NCBI GenBank assembly: GCA_034434695.1 | Contig: DAOTYY010000113.1 | Span: forward strand, 1,979 to 65,978 | Direction of reading: 5' to 3' | Length of the DNA: 64,000 nt | DNA from: Anaerolineaceae bacterium | GTDB taxonomy: Bacteria > Chloroflexota > Anaerolineae > Anaerolineales > Anaerolineaceae | Part shown: piece after piece, positions 9,480 through 19,256 of the stretch | How positions within the stretch are numbered: position 1 is the first letter of the stretch | Layout of the letters: each line of letters opens with the position of its first letter | Notes under the pieces: model-generated | Seen by the model: only the letters and a program-made list of their open reading frames with translations | Databases searched by the model: none | What the model was told of the DNA's origin: nothing | Translations under genes and position numbers: made by a program

Positions 9480-10832
9480 ATGCAACCTCTCAATCTACCA
9501 GGGCCAAATGCAAAGCGAATATTAGAACGCGATCAGGCTGTAATTGCCCCCTGCTACCCCCGAATCTACCCCTTTGTGATGGATCACGGTCGCGGGGTAG
9601 AAGTTTGGGACGTCGACAACAATCGCTTTCTGGATTTTGCGGCTGGTATTGCGGTGGTTTCAACCGGCCATAGTCACCCACAAGTTGTCCAGGCAATCAA
9701 GGAACAAGCTGACAAATTTCTTCACATCTCTTCAGACTTTTATCACCCGAAGTGGGTAGAGCTTGGAGAAAAACTCAATCAAATTACGCCTTTCAAAGAA
9801 GATGCGGTCTCATTCATGACAAATTCCGGCACCGAAAGTGTAGAGGCTGCCATAAAGCTGGCACGCTATTACACGGGCAGAACGGCTTTCATTGGCTTTT
9901 TCGGGGGATTTCATGGCCGCACGATGGGCGCAGTCACCTTCACAGCCAGCAAAAATGCCTATCATAAAGGCTTCTTTCCGCTCTTGAATGGCGTTTATCA
10001 TGTTCCTTACCCAGATCCTTATCGTCCCGTTTTGCAAAGTCTTCCGGGTGAGGATTATGGTGAAACGGTTGCCCGTTACATTGAAGAAGAAATTTTGGGA
10101 CGAATTTTACCCCCGGACGAAGTGGCAGGTATTCTGGTTGAGCCGATTCAGGGAGAAGGCGGCTATATTGTGCCGGCTCCAGGTTTCTTTCCAGCCTTAC
10201 GCAAATTATGTGACCAGTATGATATTCTCTTGATCGCGGACGAAGTCCAGTCAGGTGTAGGACGAACGGGTAAATGGTGGGCAATTCAGAATTTTGGTGC
10301 AGAACCAGACATTATCTGCATTGCCAAAGGAATTGCTTCAGGGATGCCAATGGGAGCCATGGTAGCGAGAAAACATATCGCCACCTGGCCTCGCGGCTCA
10401 CATGGCAACACCTTTGGAGGTAATCCCCTGGCTTGCGCTGCTGCACTAGCAACACTGGAGTTGATCGAGAATGAGTATATGGAAAATGCTGCCTGTATTG
10501 GCTCTTATGCATTGAGCAGATTAGGACAAATGATGGAAAATCATCCATCGATTGGCATGGTGCGCGGAATTGGCTTGATGATTGGCATTGAGTTCGTTGA
10601 GAGCCGAGAAAGTAAGAAACCAGCAGAATCATTGCGCGACCAAATTGTTCAATTAGCATTTGAAAGGGGGCTACTCACATTGGGCTGCAGCAAATCCACC
10701 CTTCGAATTTCCCCACCCTTGTGCATAACCAAGACAGAAATGGACGAAGGATTGGACATGTTAGAGGAAGCGATAACACTAGCTGAGGAAAACATTAACC
10801 ATGCTACCAGATTTTCGCGTTCGTCAGCGTGA
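9480..10832 (+). CDS. Class-III PLP-dependent aminotransferase (GABA/acetylornithine aminotransferase-like)
   Basis: Motifs seen are NSGTESVEAAIKLAR, DEVQSGVGRTGKWWA, the Lys in CIAKGIASGMP, and THGNTFGGNP-like. Confidence 0.85.
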   Translation: MQPLNLPGPNAKRILERDQAVIAPCYPRIYPFVMDHGRGVEVWDVDNNRFLDFAAGIAVVSTGHSHPQVVQAIKEQADKFLHISSDFYHPKWVELGEKLNQITPFKEDAVSFMTNSGTESVEAAIKLARYYTGRTAFIGFFGGFHGRTMGAVTFTASKNAYHKGFFPLLNGVYHVPYPDPYRPVLQSLPGEDYGETVARYIEEEILGRILPPDEVAGILVEPIQGEGGYIVPAPGFFPALRKLCDQYDILLIADEVQSGVGRTGKWWAIQNFGAEPDIICIAKGIASGMPMGAMVARKHIATWPRGSHGNTFGGNPLACAAALATLELIENEYMENAACIGSYALSRLGQMMENHPSIGMVRGIGLMIGIEFVESRESKKPAESLRDQIVQLAFERGLLTLGCSKSTLRISPPLCITKTEMDEGLDMLEEAITLAEENINHATRFSRSSA

Positions 10833-12375
10833 TTACCTGCTGGAACTAGCGCAAGCCCTTACCCAAGAACTTGACCTGGACAAGGTGTTGAACCGTGTTC
10901 TTGCTATCTCGATTGAAATGCTTGCTGGTCATGCTGGTTTAATAGCCCTGCGAAGCGAGCTGGGAGGCTGGCGCGTGCGCGTTTCACAGGGGCTGCCGGC
11001 TGGTTTTCTGCGCTTTATCGAACCCTATTTGGCGCAAATCAGTTCGGATGCTGAAGACCCGGAATCTATTGAGCTTCCCGAGATCAACCGCATTCTACAA
11101 GAGTTGACCTTTGCTGCCAGCTTCGGCCTACTAACCGGTGTAGGACTTCCATTGGTTGCCCGCAATACTGTTGTTGGTGTCATTTATATTTTTCGCAACT
11201 ATCCAGGAGTCTTTTCTGCAAATGATCGAGCCTTGTTGCGTAGTTTTGCCAACCAAGCGGCAATAGCAGTTCAAAATGCGCAGCTCTATACCCAACTCAG
11301 CCGTGAGAAGCAACGCCTGGATGCTTTGTTAGATACCGCCGCAGATGGAATTTTGATCCTGACACCACAAAACAAAATCGAACGTTGTAATGTATCCTTT
11401 GCCAGGATGATTAATCGTTCTGCCCAGGAAATCCAGGGGAAAAACCACGAAGAAATTATCCAGTGGGCAAGCCCGCCACAAGGCACCACGCTTGAACAGG
11501 CAGAGGCAGATGGCTGGCCCTTAACACCCCATGCGTACCTGTATATTGAGGGTGACTTGAAGCGCCCTAATCTGCCCCCTTTACCAGTGGGCATTACCTA
11601 TGCTCCCTTGATTTCCGAAGGCGTTTTGCTCAACACAATTGCAACCGTGAGAGACATCACCCGCTTCAGGCAGGCTGAGGAACTCAAAAGCACTTTTATT
11701 TCTGTTATCAGTCATGAGCTTCGCACACCAGTGGCGCTAATCAAGGGGTATGTCAGCACATTGCGTCGAGAAGATGCCAGATGGGAACGCTCTATCATTG
11801 AAGACAGCCTAGCAGTGATCGAAGAAGAAGCTGACCGCTTAACCCTTTTGATTGAGAACTTGTTGGATGCGTCCCGTTTACAGGCAGGTGGGCTGAAACT
11901 GAAACGCTCGGATGTTTTGGTACCAGAAATTGCAAAGCGGCTTGCTAAACGGCTACAAACCCAAACAACCCAACATCAGATCGTAGTCAGTTTTCCAGAA
12001 GATTTTCCTGTCATTCTGGCAGATGAAAGTAGATTGGAACAGGTGTTATCAAACCTGATTTCCAACGCCATCAAGTACTCACCCGAAGGGGAGATTCGTA
12101 TTAGCGGTCAGGTACGACAGGAGGTTGTCATCATTTGTGTGAGTGACCAGGGCCCAGGCATCGCGCCCGAAGACATCCCCCATATCTTTGACCGTTTCTA
12201 CCGTGCGCCTACTGCCACAACCCGGCAAACCAAGGGCGCCGGTTTGGGGTTATATCTCGCAAAAGCCATTGTTGAAGCGCATGGTGGACAAATATGGGTA
12301 GACACGGAAACGGGCAAAGGAACGAGAATGTGCTTTTCACTGCCACGTCAAATCGAATGTTACAAAGTGGTATAA
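10801..12375 (+). CDS. Sensor histidine kinase (GAF-PAS-HisKA-HATPase), cytoplasmic, with no adjacent response regulator
   Basis: The H-box is FISVISHELRTP, the N-box is LSNLISNAIKYSP, and the G-boxes are DQGPGI and GAGLGL. Confidence 0.9.
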   Translation: MLPDFRVRQRDYLLELAQALTQELDLDKVLNRVLAISIEMLAGHAGLIALRSELGGWRVRVSQGLPAGFLRFIEPYLAQISSDAEDPESIELPEINRILQELTFAASFGLLTGVGLPLVARNTVVGVIYIFRNYPGVFSANDRALLRSFANQAAIAVQNAQLYTQLSREKQRLDALLDTAADGILILTPQNKIERCNVSFARMINRSAQEIQGKNHEEIIQWASPPQGTTLEQAEADGWPLTPHAYLYIEGDLKRPNLPPLPVGITYAPLISEGVLLNTIATVRDITRFRQAEELKSTFISVISHELRTPVALIKGYVSTLRREDARWERSIIEDSLAVIEEEADRLTLLIENLLDASRLQAGGLKLKRSDVLVPEIAKRLAKRLQTQTTQHQIVVSFPEDFPVILADESRLEQVLSNLISNAIKYSPEGEIRISGQVRQEVVIICVSDQGPGIAPEDIPHIFDRFYRAPTATTRQTKGAGLGLYLAKAIVEAHGGQIWVDTETGKGTRMCFSLPRQIECYKVV

Positions 12376-12408
12376 TGATCTGACTACTACATTAGTGAGG
12401 TCTAAACT

Positions 12409-13755
12409 ATGCCCCAAACAACTGCATGTCCACGATGCCGTCAGCCTGTCTTAGCAGAAATCGAGCAATTATTTGATTTGGCAGTTGATCCCAGAGCCAA
12501 ACAACGCCTGCTTAGCGGTATTACAAATGTCGTTCAGTGCCCCAACTGTGGCTACCAAGGTGCTGTCAGTACACCGATTGTTTATCACGACCCAGAAAAA
12601 CAGTTACTGCTAACTTATTTTCCTCCTGAACTGGGCGTGTCTGCCAACGAACAAGAAAGGCTGATAGGTCCGTTAATTAATCAGGTAATCAACCGCTTGC
12701 CTCCAGAAAAACGCATGGCATACCTGCTCAACCCCCAACCAATGTTCACCTTCGATTCGCTAATTCAACGTATTTTGGAGGCTGACGGTATCACCAAGGA
12801 AATGCTTCAGGCTCAACAAGATCGCCTTAACCTGCTTCAAAGGCTGCTGAGCATCTCTGCGGCAGACACTCGTAAAGAAATTATCCATCAGGAAGAGAAG
12901 TTAATTGATGCGGAGTTTTTCACTCTTCTTGGCAGGTTGGTTGAAATCTCACTTGCCCAAGGCGATCAAAACAGTGCGCGAGCATTGGCAAACCTGCAAA
13001 AAGAATTAATGACGGAAACGGAGTTTGGGCGCCAATTGAGCATTCAAGTCAAAGAAACTGAAGCCGCTGTTAAATCGCTTCAGGAGGCAAGCAAGAAAGG
13101 ATTAACCCGCGAGATGCTACTTGACCTGATGATTGAGGCGCCTTCAGAAACACGCTTGACTACACTAGTTAATATGACACATAGCGCTCTGGATTACAGT
13201 TTCTTCCAGATATTGACCGATCGGATAGAAAAAGCGCAAGCTGATCAGAGGCAAAAACTAGTTGAATTACGCGAAAAACTACTGGCGCAAACGCGGGAAA
13301 TTAATCAGGCGATCAAAGCTCAAAAAGAAAAGGCACATCAGGAATTGGAAAAAATTCTTGAGGCGCCGGACCTCGAAAAAGCCCTTGAGGCAAAAATCCC
13401 GGAAATCGATGAGTATTTCATGCAAGCTCTGGAAAATGAAATTGAAAATGCCCGTCAGGATGTCAATCTCGAAAAAATGGGCAAATTGCAAAGAGTCGCA
13501 GATGTGCTAAAGAAATATAGCACCCCCCCGCCGGAAGTTGCTCTGGTAGAAGAATTAATTTCAGTGCAGAGCGATCAGGAGCTTGAGCAAGTCCTGAAGA
13601 AAAACGTCGAGCAAATCACCCCGGAGTTTTTAGCACTGCTTGCTTCTCTTGCCTCACAAAGTGACCAAAATCAGCCAAAAGAGATCCAAGAAAAGCTGCA
13701 ACAAATTTACCGTAAAGTGTTGCGCTTTTCAATGCAACAAAACCTGAGAAAGTAA
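12409..13755 (+). CDS. CpXC-domain protein with a long E/K/Q-rich coiled-coil tail
   Basis: Two CPxC motifs (CPRC...CPNC) lie in the first 50 aa. The remainder is helical and low-complexity. Confidence 0.6.
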   Translation: MPQTTACPRCRQPVLAEIEQLFDLAVDPRAKQRLLSGITNVVQCPNCGYQGAVSTPIVYHDPEKQLLLTYFPPELGVSANEQERLIGPLINQVINRLPPEKRMAYLLNPQPMFTFDSLIQRILEADGITKEMLQAQQDRLNLLQRLLSISAADTRKEIIHQEEKLIDAEFFTLLGRLVEISLAQGDQNSARALANLQKELMTETEFGRQLSIQVKETEAAVKSLQEASKKGLTREMLLDLMIEAPSETRLTTLVNMTHSALDYSFFQILTDRIEKAQADQRQKLVELREKLLAQTREINQAIKAQKEKAHQELEKILEAPDLEKALEAKIPEIDEYFMQALENEIENARQDVNLEKMGKLQRVADVLKKYSTPPPEVALVEELISVQSDQELEQVLKKNVEQITPEFLALLASLASQSDQNQPKEIQEKLQQIYRKVLRFSMQQNLRK

Positions 13756-13810
13756 GAAGAGAGATATAAATAATTTCCAAGAGTGGGCATCTAACTGGAG
13801 TTCACCCTTT

Positions 13811-14494
13811 TCACTTTGCTGGATTGTCCAATCTCAGCCCATGTCCTCGAACTGTAATCACATACTGGTGTGTTGGGTCAACAGATGCCAGTCGCTCTCG
13901 TAGCCGGCGCACCAGTGCATCTAACGCCTGTTCAGAAACGCCATCAGCCTCTTGGCTCCAGACTGCGTGCACCAGTTTCTCCCGGTCAATTACCTCTCCG
14001 GCAGATTGATATAAAATGTGCAGAAGGCGGAACTGTGATGCAGAAAGGGGAGGTACAAGCTCTTTTGCAGCAACCCACACTCGTCGCGACCGTTCATCCA
14101 AAACCAAACGTCCGGCGCGACTGGAAAGTGGCAGTCGACCATGATCAACTGGCATTGTTGAATCGGAACTTAAGAAGACAAAATTTTGAATCAACGCAAT
14201 CTGTAATGAATCACCATCTTGCAAATATATCGGGGCGGTTACCGCTTGACCGTTGCAATATGTACCGTTTTTGCTTGCCAGGTCTTCCAAAAGCACCCCC
14301 GCACTGGAAGGTGTTAATCGGGCATGAAACCGCGACACCTGACGATTTGGCACAACAATGTCACATTCTGCATCTCTGCCAATGGTTAAGACCTGTCCGA
14401 TAAGCCAGCGTTGACCATTTAATGGTCCCGTTTGCCCAATAAGGACAGGTAGCTCTATATTCATATTTTCATGTTCCATGTCCACCTCCAGCAT
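13811..14494 (-). CDS. FHA-domain / OmpR-type winged-helix DNA-binding regulator
   Basis: The FHA signature is TIGRDAECDIVV...VSRFHARL...EDLASKNGTYCNG. The C-terminal trans_reg_C signature is LSASQFRLLHILY...ALDALVRRLRERL...ITVRGHGLRL. Confidence 0.8.
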   Translation of the reverse strand: MLEVDMEHENMNIELPVLIGQTGPLNGQRWLIGQVLTIGRDAECDIVVPNRQVSRFHARLTPSSAGVLLEDLASKNGTYCNGQAVTAPIYLQDGDSLQIALIQNFVFLSSDSTMPVDHGRLPLSSRAGRLVLDERSRRVWVAAKELVPPLSASQFRLLHILYQSAGEVIDREKLVHAVWSQEADGVSEQALDALVRRLRERLASVDPTHQYVITVRGHGLRLDNPAK

Positions 14495-14553
14495 TTATTG
14501 CATCTTGTCGCCGCTAAAGGTCGGGCGGACTTATTTAACCCAATCGCCATATT

Positions 14554-14582
14554 TATCTTATCAAACCGGCTTTGATAAGATA
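14554..14582. promoter_or_regulatory. Perfect 12-bp inverted repeat (candidate operator) in the divergent FHA-regulator/kinase intergenic region
   Basis: The sequence is TATCTTATCAAA-ccggc-TTTGATAAGATA. It lies 60 nt from the regulator start and 114 nt from the kinase start. Confidence 0.4.
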
Positions 14583-14695
14583 TACTTTATTATTATAACC
14601 ACTACAGAAAACTTGTTAGAGACCTGACAAAAAAACGCCGAAAAACAACCACGGTCTTGGTGGTCTGACTTTCGAGAAAGTGAGGATTTTATTCA

Positions 14696-15679
14696 ATGCC
14701 GGTTCCCCTTAAGGCTGGGGAAATTTTGCGCGGGCGTTACCGCATTAATCGCATCATCGGTCAGGGCGGGATGGGAAGCATTTACCTGGCAGATGATCTG
14801 AGGCTGTCTGGACGGCAATGCGCTCTCAAAGAAGTCGAACACGACCGCTCATTGTCACCGGAATTACTACGGCAAGCCCGCGAACAATTTTTTCGAGAAG
14901 CAACTGTTCTAGCCAGACTGGACCACCCCAATCTTCCAAAAGTCTCTGATTTTTTTTCAATCGGCAATCGGGATTACCTGGTAATGGATTATGTTCCGGG
15001 TAAAGATTTGCGGACGCTAATGATGGAAGCCCGTCAAAAAGGAGAGTTTTTATTTGAGGGCGATGTCTTAAACTGGGCGAATCAGCTTGCAGATGCATTG
15101 GCTTATCTTCACAGCCAAAATCCACCAATATTGCATAGAGACATAAAACCCAGCAACTTGAAATTAACTCCTAGCGGTTTATTGAAACTCGTTGATTTTG
15201 GTTTGGTTAAATTGTTGGCACCCGGCGAGATGACAATCACCATTCTACAGGGTCAGGGAACAGCTTTATACACACCACTGGAACAATATGGGGGCGATAG
15301 TGGGCATACAGATATTCGTAGCGATATTTATGCTTTTGGGGCAACTCTGTATCATTTGTTAACCAACACACCTCCCGCTGATGCTCGAGAACGGTTTCTG
15401 AACCCAGAAAGTTTGATACCACCCCGCCAAATTAACCCCGCAATCAGCAATCGTACTGAGCGCGCCATTTTAGAAGCAATGAATTTGCATCCGGATCAGC
15501 GCCCTGAAAATGTAGAAGCATTTCGACATATGTTGGTCGGTGATCAGCCAACGCTCACTCGCCCAATAGCCAGACCAATAAAACTGCATGATGTATTAAG
15601 ATCTGATCCAGAGCGTATCCTATGGTGGATCTCGATAGGATTGACACTACTGATGCTTGTGATGATCATTATGCATTAA
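14696..15679 (+). CDS. Hanks-type Ser/Thr protein kinase with a C-terminal TM anchor
   Basis: Motifs seen are [34 protein letters not shown] and YTPLEQ. The C-terminal hydrophobic segment is [17 protein letters not shown]. Confidence 0.9.
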   Translation: MPVPLKAGEILRGRYRINRIIGQGGMGSIYLADDLRLSGRQCALKEVEHDRSLSPELLRQAREQFFREATVLARLDHPNLPKVSDFFSIGNRDYLVMDYVPGKDLRTLMMEARQKGEFLFEGDVLNWANQLADALAYLHSQNPPILHRDIKPSNLKLTPSGLLKLVDFGLVKLLAPGEMTITILQGQGTALYTPLEQYGGDSGHTDIRSDIYAFGATLYHLLTNTPPADARERFLNPESLIPPRQINPAISNRTERAILEAMNLHPDQRPENVEAFRHMLVGDQPTLTRPIARPIKLHDVLRSDPERILWWISIGLTLLMLVMIIMH

Positions 15680-15690
15680 TCAAACAAGGT

Positions 15691-18504
15691 TCATCCTCGT
15701 TTATTCTCTAGAGAACGGTAGCATTGCCAGAAACCCACTGCTCCGCCTACGCTCATACCAAAGACAACGCTCAAAACACGAATACCCAAACTTGTATGAT
15801 AAACATTGGGGAAAAATAATGCCAGTAGCAGATACCCTGTAAATCCCCCAATCACAACACATAACCCACATCTCGTCGCCAAACGCAGTGAAAATTTTCT
15901 TCTGGCAAATTGGAAAGTACCAAATGCTCCCAACCAGACTAGAAAAATTGACAAAAACCCAATTGCCGTTTGTGCCTTCACGAGAGGTATATTTTCCGAC
16001 ACCTCTGTTGGCTCGATAACAGGAGTGGCAGTTTTAGTGTTCTCAGGAGTAGCGGTTGGTACAACAGTAGGTGCAATTTCAGTGACCGCACTAGGCCCAT
16101 TGGTCACATCCAGCCTTATTATCTCAGAGGTAAGCGCTGGATCACTAACGGCACGAATTTCTAACACCCCCTGATTTTGAATCCGATAACTTGCACGAGC
16201 AACACCCCCACTGGTTACTGTCTCTATTTGCTGAATGACTTCACTCTTCCCCCCATCCGAAAACAAAAATCGCACAACCGTTCCATCTGGTACAGGATTG
16301 TAATTATGATCATAAATTATGCCAGTACGCAACGGAAGTACATCGCCAATACTGAATTTAACTATTTTTGTTGGTTCTGCTGTTGCGGTTAGCGTAGCAT
16401 TGGAAGCTGACAGGCCAGTTGAGTCTGGTAAATCCAGAAACAGAGGGATCACTTGAGAAGGGTCTGGGGACATCGCGGTAATTAAATCATAACCTACACC
16501 CGGTATTGAAACCGGCGAGGCACCTGCTGGTTTTAGCTCTTGAAACAACACCCGCGCCGCTAGATCAATAAATGCCGGAGACTTGCTATAGATACCATAG
16601 TATGCGGATAATTTGGAGATATCTGTCGCGTCCAGATAATATGGCGCGTTAAAAGCAAAAGCAACTACCTTCTTATTATTAAATAGATCAGGGCGATCAG
16701 AAAGAAAACGACGCAAAGCCAAAGACTCTGGACGGGATTGCTGAACATTTAAGAGAGCAAAGACGATCCAATCAGCAGCACGCAAGTCATCTTCTATGGG
16801 TGGCAAGTCTGGTATCCCGTTCAACATCCCCCAAAGATCAGCAAACGAGTAAGACGAAAGGCGATATTGAAGAACCTGTCCGCCAATCTGGGGACCATAC
16901 AACCGAATAACCGCTTTTTGTAATCCATCTACCGGAAAGGCATATTGTTCAACACACTGACTGCATTGTCGTTCCGGCAACGCATCGGTCAGGAAAACAA
17001 TACGTTCCCTGCTTGTGGGTGGATTCGGCAACGTTGTGGCAAGCTCCGGGAGTGAAGGACTGATCAACGTAACTGCACGTTTAGCAATTTCAAAGGAAAT
17101 CTGTTGAGATTTACCAATCTCGTCTAATCCCTCTGATCCCGGTATGACATTTTCAATCTCAAAATAACCATATAGGCGGTATTTGAGAGTTAGGATGCGC
17201 TTTACGGATGTGTCAACTCGTTCCGCAAACTCTGCATCCTCAATATATTTCTGTGTGAACAACTCCAAGGTCTTGACAATCGTCGTATAACTATCCGGAT
17301 CGCCTGAGGAGATGAAGTTACCCACATAGAGTATATCGTTCCCTGCTAGAAACGCATTGCGCGCTACCTGCCGGGCATCAAAAAACTGCCCAGTAATATC
17401 GTAGAAACGTCGTACTGCCTGGCTACCCAGATCATCGCTGATAACAATTCCACCCCCTTCTCTCCAAGTTGAAAAAGCTGGAAGACTCATTAACTGATCA
17501 AAAGCAGCAGAATCAAAACTCACTGGACGAGTCGTAGCACGAATATTTCCTTGAAACCCTTGATAACGGATATGGGAAACTAGCAAACCATCTGTGGTCA
17601 TCTCGCCATTTGGCGCGTTACCGGTCACAGCAAAAAATGGTGCCAGTTCAATTTGCTTCAGTTGTTCCAGTGATTTGCGCACGGTTGCAATTTCCTCGTC
17701 TGGTTGGCGATCCGAACCACCTCGTCCAGGGAAGTGTTTAGCTATTACCGCCAGTCTCTGAGCACTGCCGTAGTGCAACCCACCAATGTAAGCTTTCCCC
17801 ATTTCACCTACCCAGTAAGGATCACCGCCAAATGTACGCGTACCCAAATCTTCTCCACTACCCGTTTGCACCACATCCAGAACATCCAGTGATGGGCCTA
17901 AAAGCAAATTGAAACCTAACCTTTGTAATTCCTGTCCCAAAACAATTCCTGTCGAGCGCGCCAGTTCTGGCTTCCAGGTGGCACCGATGGCCATTTGGTT
18001 TGGTAAAGGGGTTAGCCCATTCAAAATCTGATCATAAGGATACCCATCACCCTCTTGAGATATACCAATAAACAAAGGCACATATTGAGGAGTATAGCTG
18101 GTTTTTGTAATCGAATCTGTTAGACTGATTGTTGAAGCTTCCCAAGCGCTTTTTTGTAGTTGGGAGTTTAATGAATATGCTTCACGTATGGTGTTTTCAG
18201 GTCCAACAAAATTGTCATTTGCCGCACGTAGAACTACCCCACCAACGTGATGACGAACGATCAAGTCATAAATCTGGCTCTCCGGGGTCACTTGTCGTCC
18301 TTTAAAAGTAACTAAAAATAACTGCCCTACACGCTCTTGGGGTGTCATTTTCTTTAGCAAGATTTCTGCAAGTTTGGAGACATCTGCATCTTGATGCAAA
18401 GGTTTTGCCCAAGAGACCAGATTAACTTGTGGAATCAAGACCATAACAATAGTAAATATTGCTAACAAACGGTAAACCTTGTGAGGTATCATGGAATGTT
18501 TCAT
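15691..18504 (-). CDS. Glycoside hydrolase family 3 (NagZ-like beta-N-acetylhexosaminidase domain), with an N-terminal anchor and a C-terminal multi-TM tail
   Basis: GH3 motifs are GGVVL, SQEGDG and KHFPGRGGSDRQPDEE. A Thr/Pro linker is followed by about four hydrophobic helices at the C-terminus. The ATG at 18504 overlaps the upstream stop as ATGA; the track ORF runs to 18525. Confidence 0.85.
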   Translation of the reverse strand: MKHSMIPHKVYRLLAIFTIVMVLIPQVNLVSWAKPLHQDADVSKLAEILLKKMTPQERVGQLFLVTFKGRQVTPESQIYDLIVRHHVGGVVLRAANDNFVGPENTIREAYSLNSQLQKSAWEASTISLTDSITKTSYTPQYVPLFIGISQEGDGYPYDQILNGLTPLPNQMAIGATWKPELARSTGIVLGQELQRLGFNLLLGPSLDVLDVVQTGSGEDLGTRTFGGDPYWVGEMGKAYIGGLHYGSAQRLAVIAKHFPGRGGSDRQPDEEIATVRKSLEQLKQIELAPFFAVTGNAPNGEMTTDGLLVSHIRYQGFQGNIRATTRPVSFDSAAFDQLMSLPAFSTWREGGGIVISDDLGSQAVRRFYDITGQFFDARQVARNAFLAGNDILYVGNFISSGDPDSYTTIVKTLELFTQKYIEDAEFAERVDTSVKRILTLKYRLYGYFEIENVIPGSEGLDEIGKSQQISFEIAKRAVTLISPSLPELATTLPNPPTSRERIVFLTDALPERQCSQCVEQYAFPVDGLQKAVIRLYGPQIGGQVLQYRLSSYSFADLWGMLNGIPDLPPIEDDLRAADWIVFALLNVQQSRPESLALRRFLSDRPDLFNNKKVVAFAFNAPYYLDATDISKLSAYYGIYSKSPAFIDLAARVLFQELKPAGASPVSIPGVGYDLITAMSPDPSQVIPLFLDLPDSTGLSASNATLTATAEPTKIVKFSIGDVLPLRTGIIYDHNYNPVPDGTVVRFLFSDGGKSEVIQQIETVTSGGVARASYRIQNQGVLEIRAVSDPALTSEIIRLDVTNGPSAVTEIAPTVVPTATPENTKTATPVIEPTEVSENIPLVKAQTAIGFLSIFLVWLGAFGTFQFARRKFSLRLATRCGLCVVIGGFTGYLLLALFFPNVYHTSLGIRVLSVVFGMSVGGAVGFWQCYRSLENKRG

Positions 18505-19256
18505 ATCATCCCCAAAACCTGCCAAGCAAGGCGAGGATCGTCAGTGAATACCCCATCTACACCAAGGTCAAACAAACGTCTCATCTCGCTCTCTTCATTA
18601 ACGGTCCATACAAAGACTTTTCGCTGCCAGTTGTGATGCTTTCTAACAAGTTCTCTGGTTACATCAGCAAAGTAAGGATGTAAAGCATGAGGAGCAGCCC
18701 TTTGACGCAACGCAGAACGAGCTAGCCATCCTGACCAGCCTTCCTCTGCAAGTATTCCGCGCGGCACTTCGGGCAACAGGTTTCCTGCACAAATAAGGTT
18801 ACCGGCAAAAAAGGAAGAAAACAAAACCCTCTCTTCCATGTGATATTTTTTTACCAGCTCAACCACCCGGACAACAAGCCCATCCTTGCGGGATTCATAA
18901 TTTGTAAGCTCGATGTTGATAAAAAGATTCTTCCCGACTGCCTCAAAAACCTCTGCTAGCGTCGGGATGCGTTCGCCAGCAAACTGGGCGCTAAAATGCA
19001 ATCCCGCATCCAATTTCTTCAACTCTTCCAACTTCAATTGCCGGACGGCTCCATGACCATTTGTCGTTCGATCAACAGTCTGATCATGAATAACCACAAC
19101 CTCGCCGTCTGCTGAAAGCTTTGCATCTAGCTCGATAGCATCCGCGCCATGTTCAACTGCCAGCTTGAAAGCTGCTAACGTGTTTTCAGGAGCATGTGCC
19201 GAAGCACCGCGATGTGCGAATACGATTGGCCTTGTGAACTGGTAAATAAAATTCAT
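18501..19256 (-). CDS. Glycerophosphodiester phosphodiesterase
   Basis: Motifs seen are FAHRGASAHAPENTLAAF, IELDAKLSADGEVVVIHD and FVWTVN. Confidence 0.9.
   Translation of the reverse strand: MNFIYQFTRPIVFAHRGASAHAPENTLAAFKLAVEHGADAIELDAKLSADGEVVVIHDQTVDRTTNGHGAVRQLKLEELKKLDAGLHFSAQFAGERIPTLAEVFEAVGKNLFINIELTNYESRKDGLVVRVVELVKKYHMEERVLFSSFFAGNLICAGNLLPEVPRGILAEEGWSGWLARSALRQRAAPHALHPYFADVTRELVRKHHNWQRKVFVWTVNEESEMRRLFDLGVDGVFTDDPRLAWQVLGMI

Noticed and set aside
13870-14403. Long antisense or alternative-frame ORFs, including 13870-14403, 23995-24417, 34918-35340, 36151-36654, 41392-41841 and 4268-4648.
   Set aside because: Each lies inside a confidently identified gene on the other strand or in another frame. 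They have Arg/Ser/Cys-rich compositions typical of shadow ORFs and no recognisable motifs.
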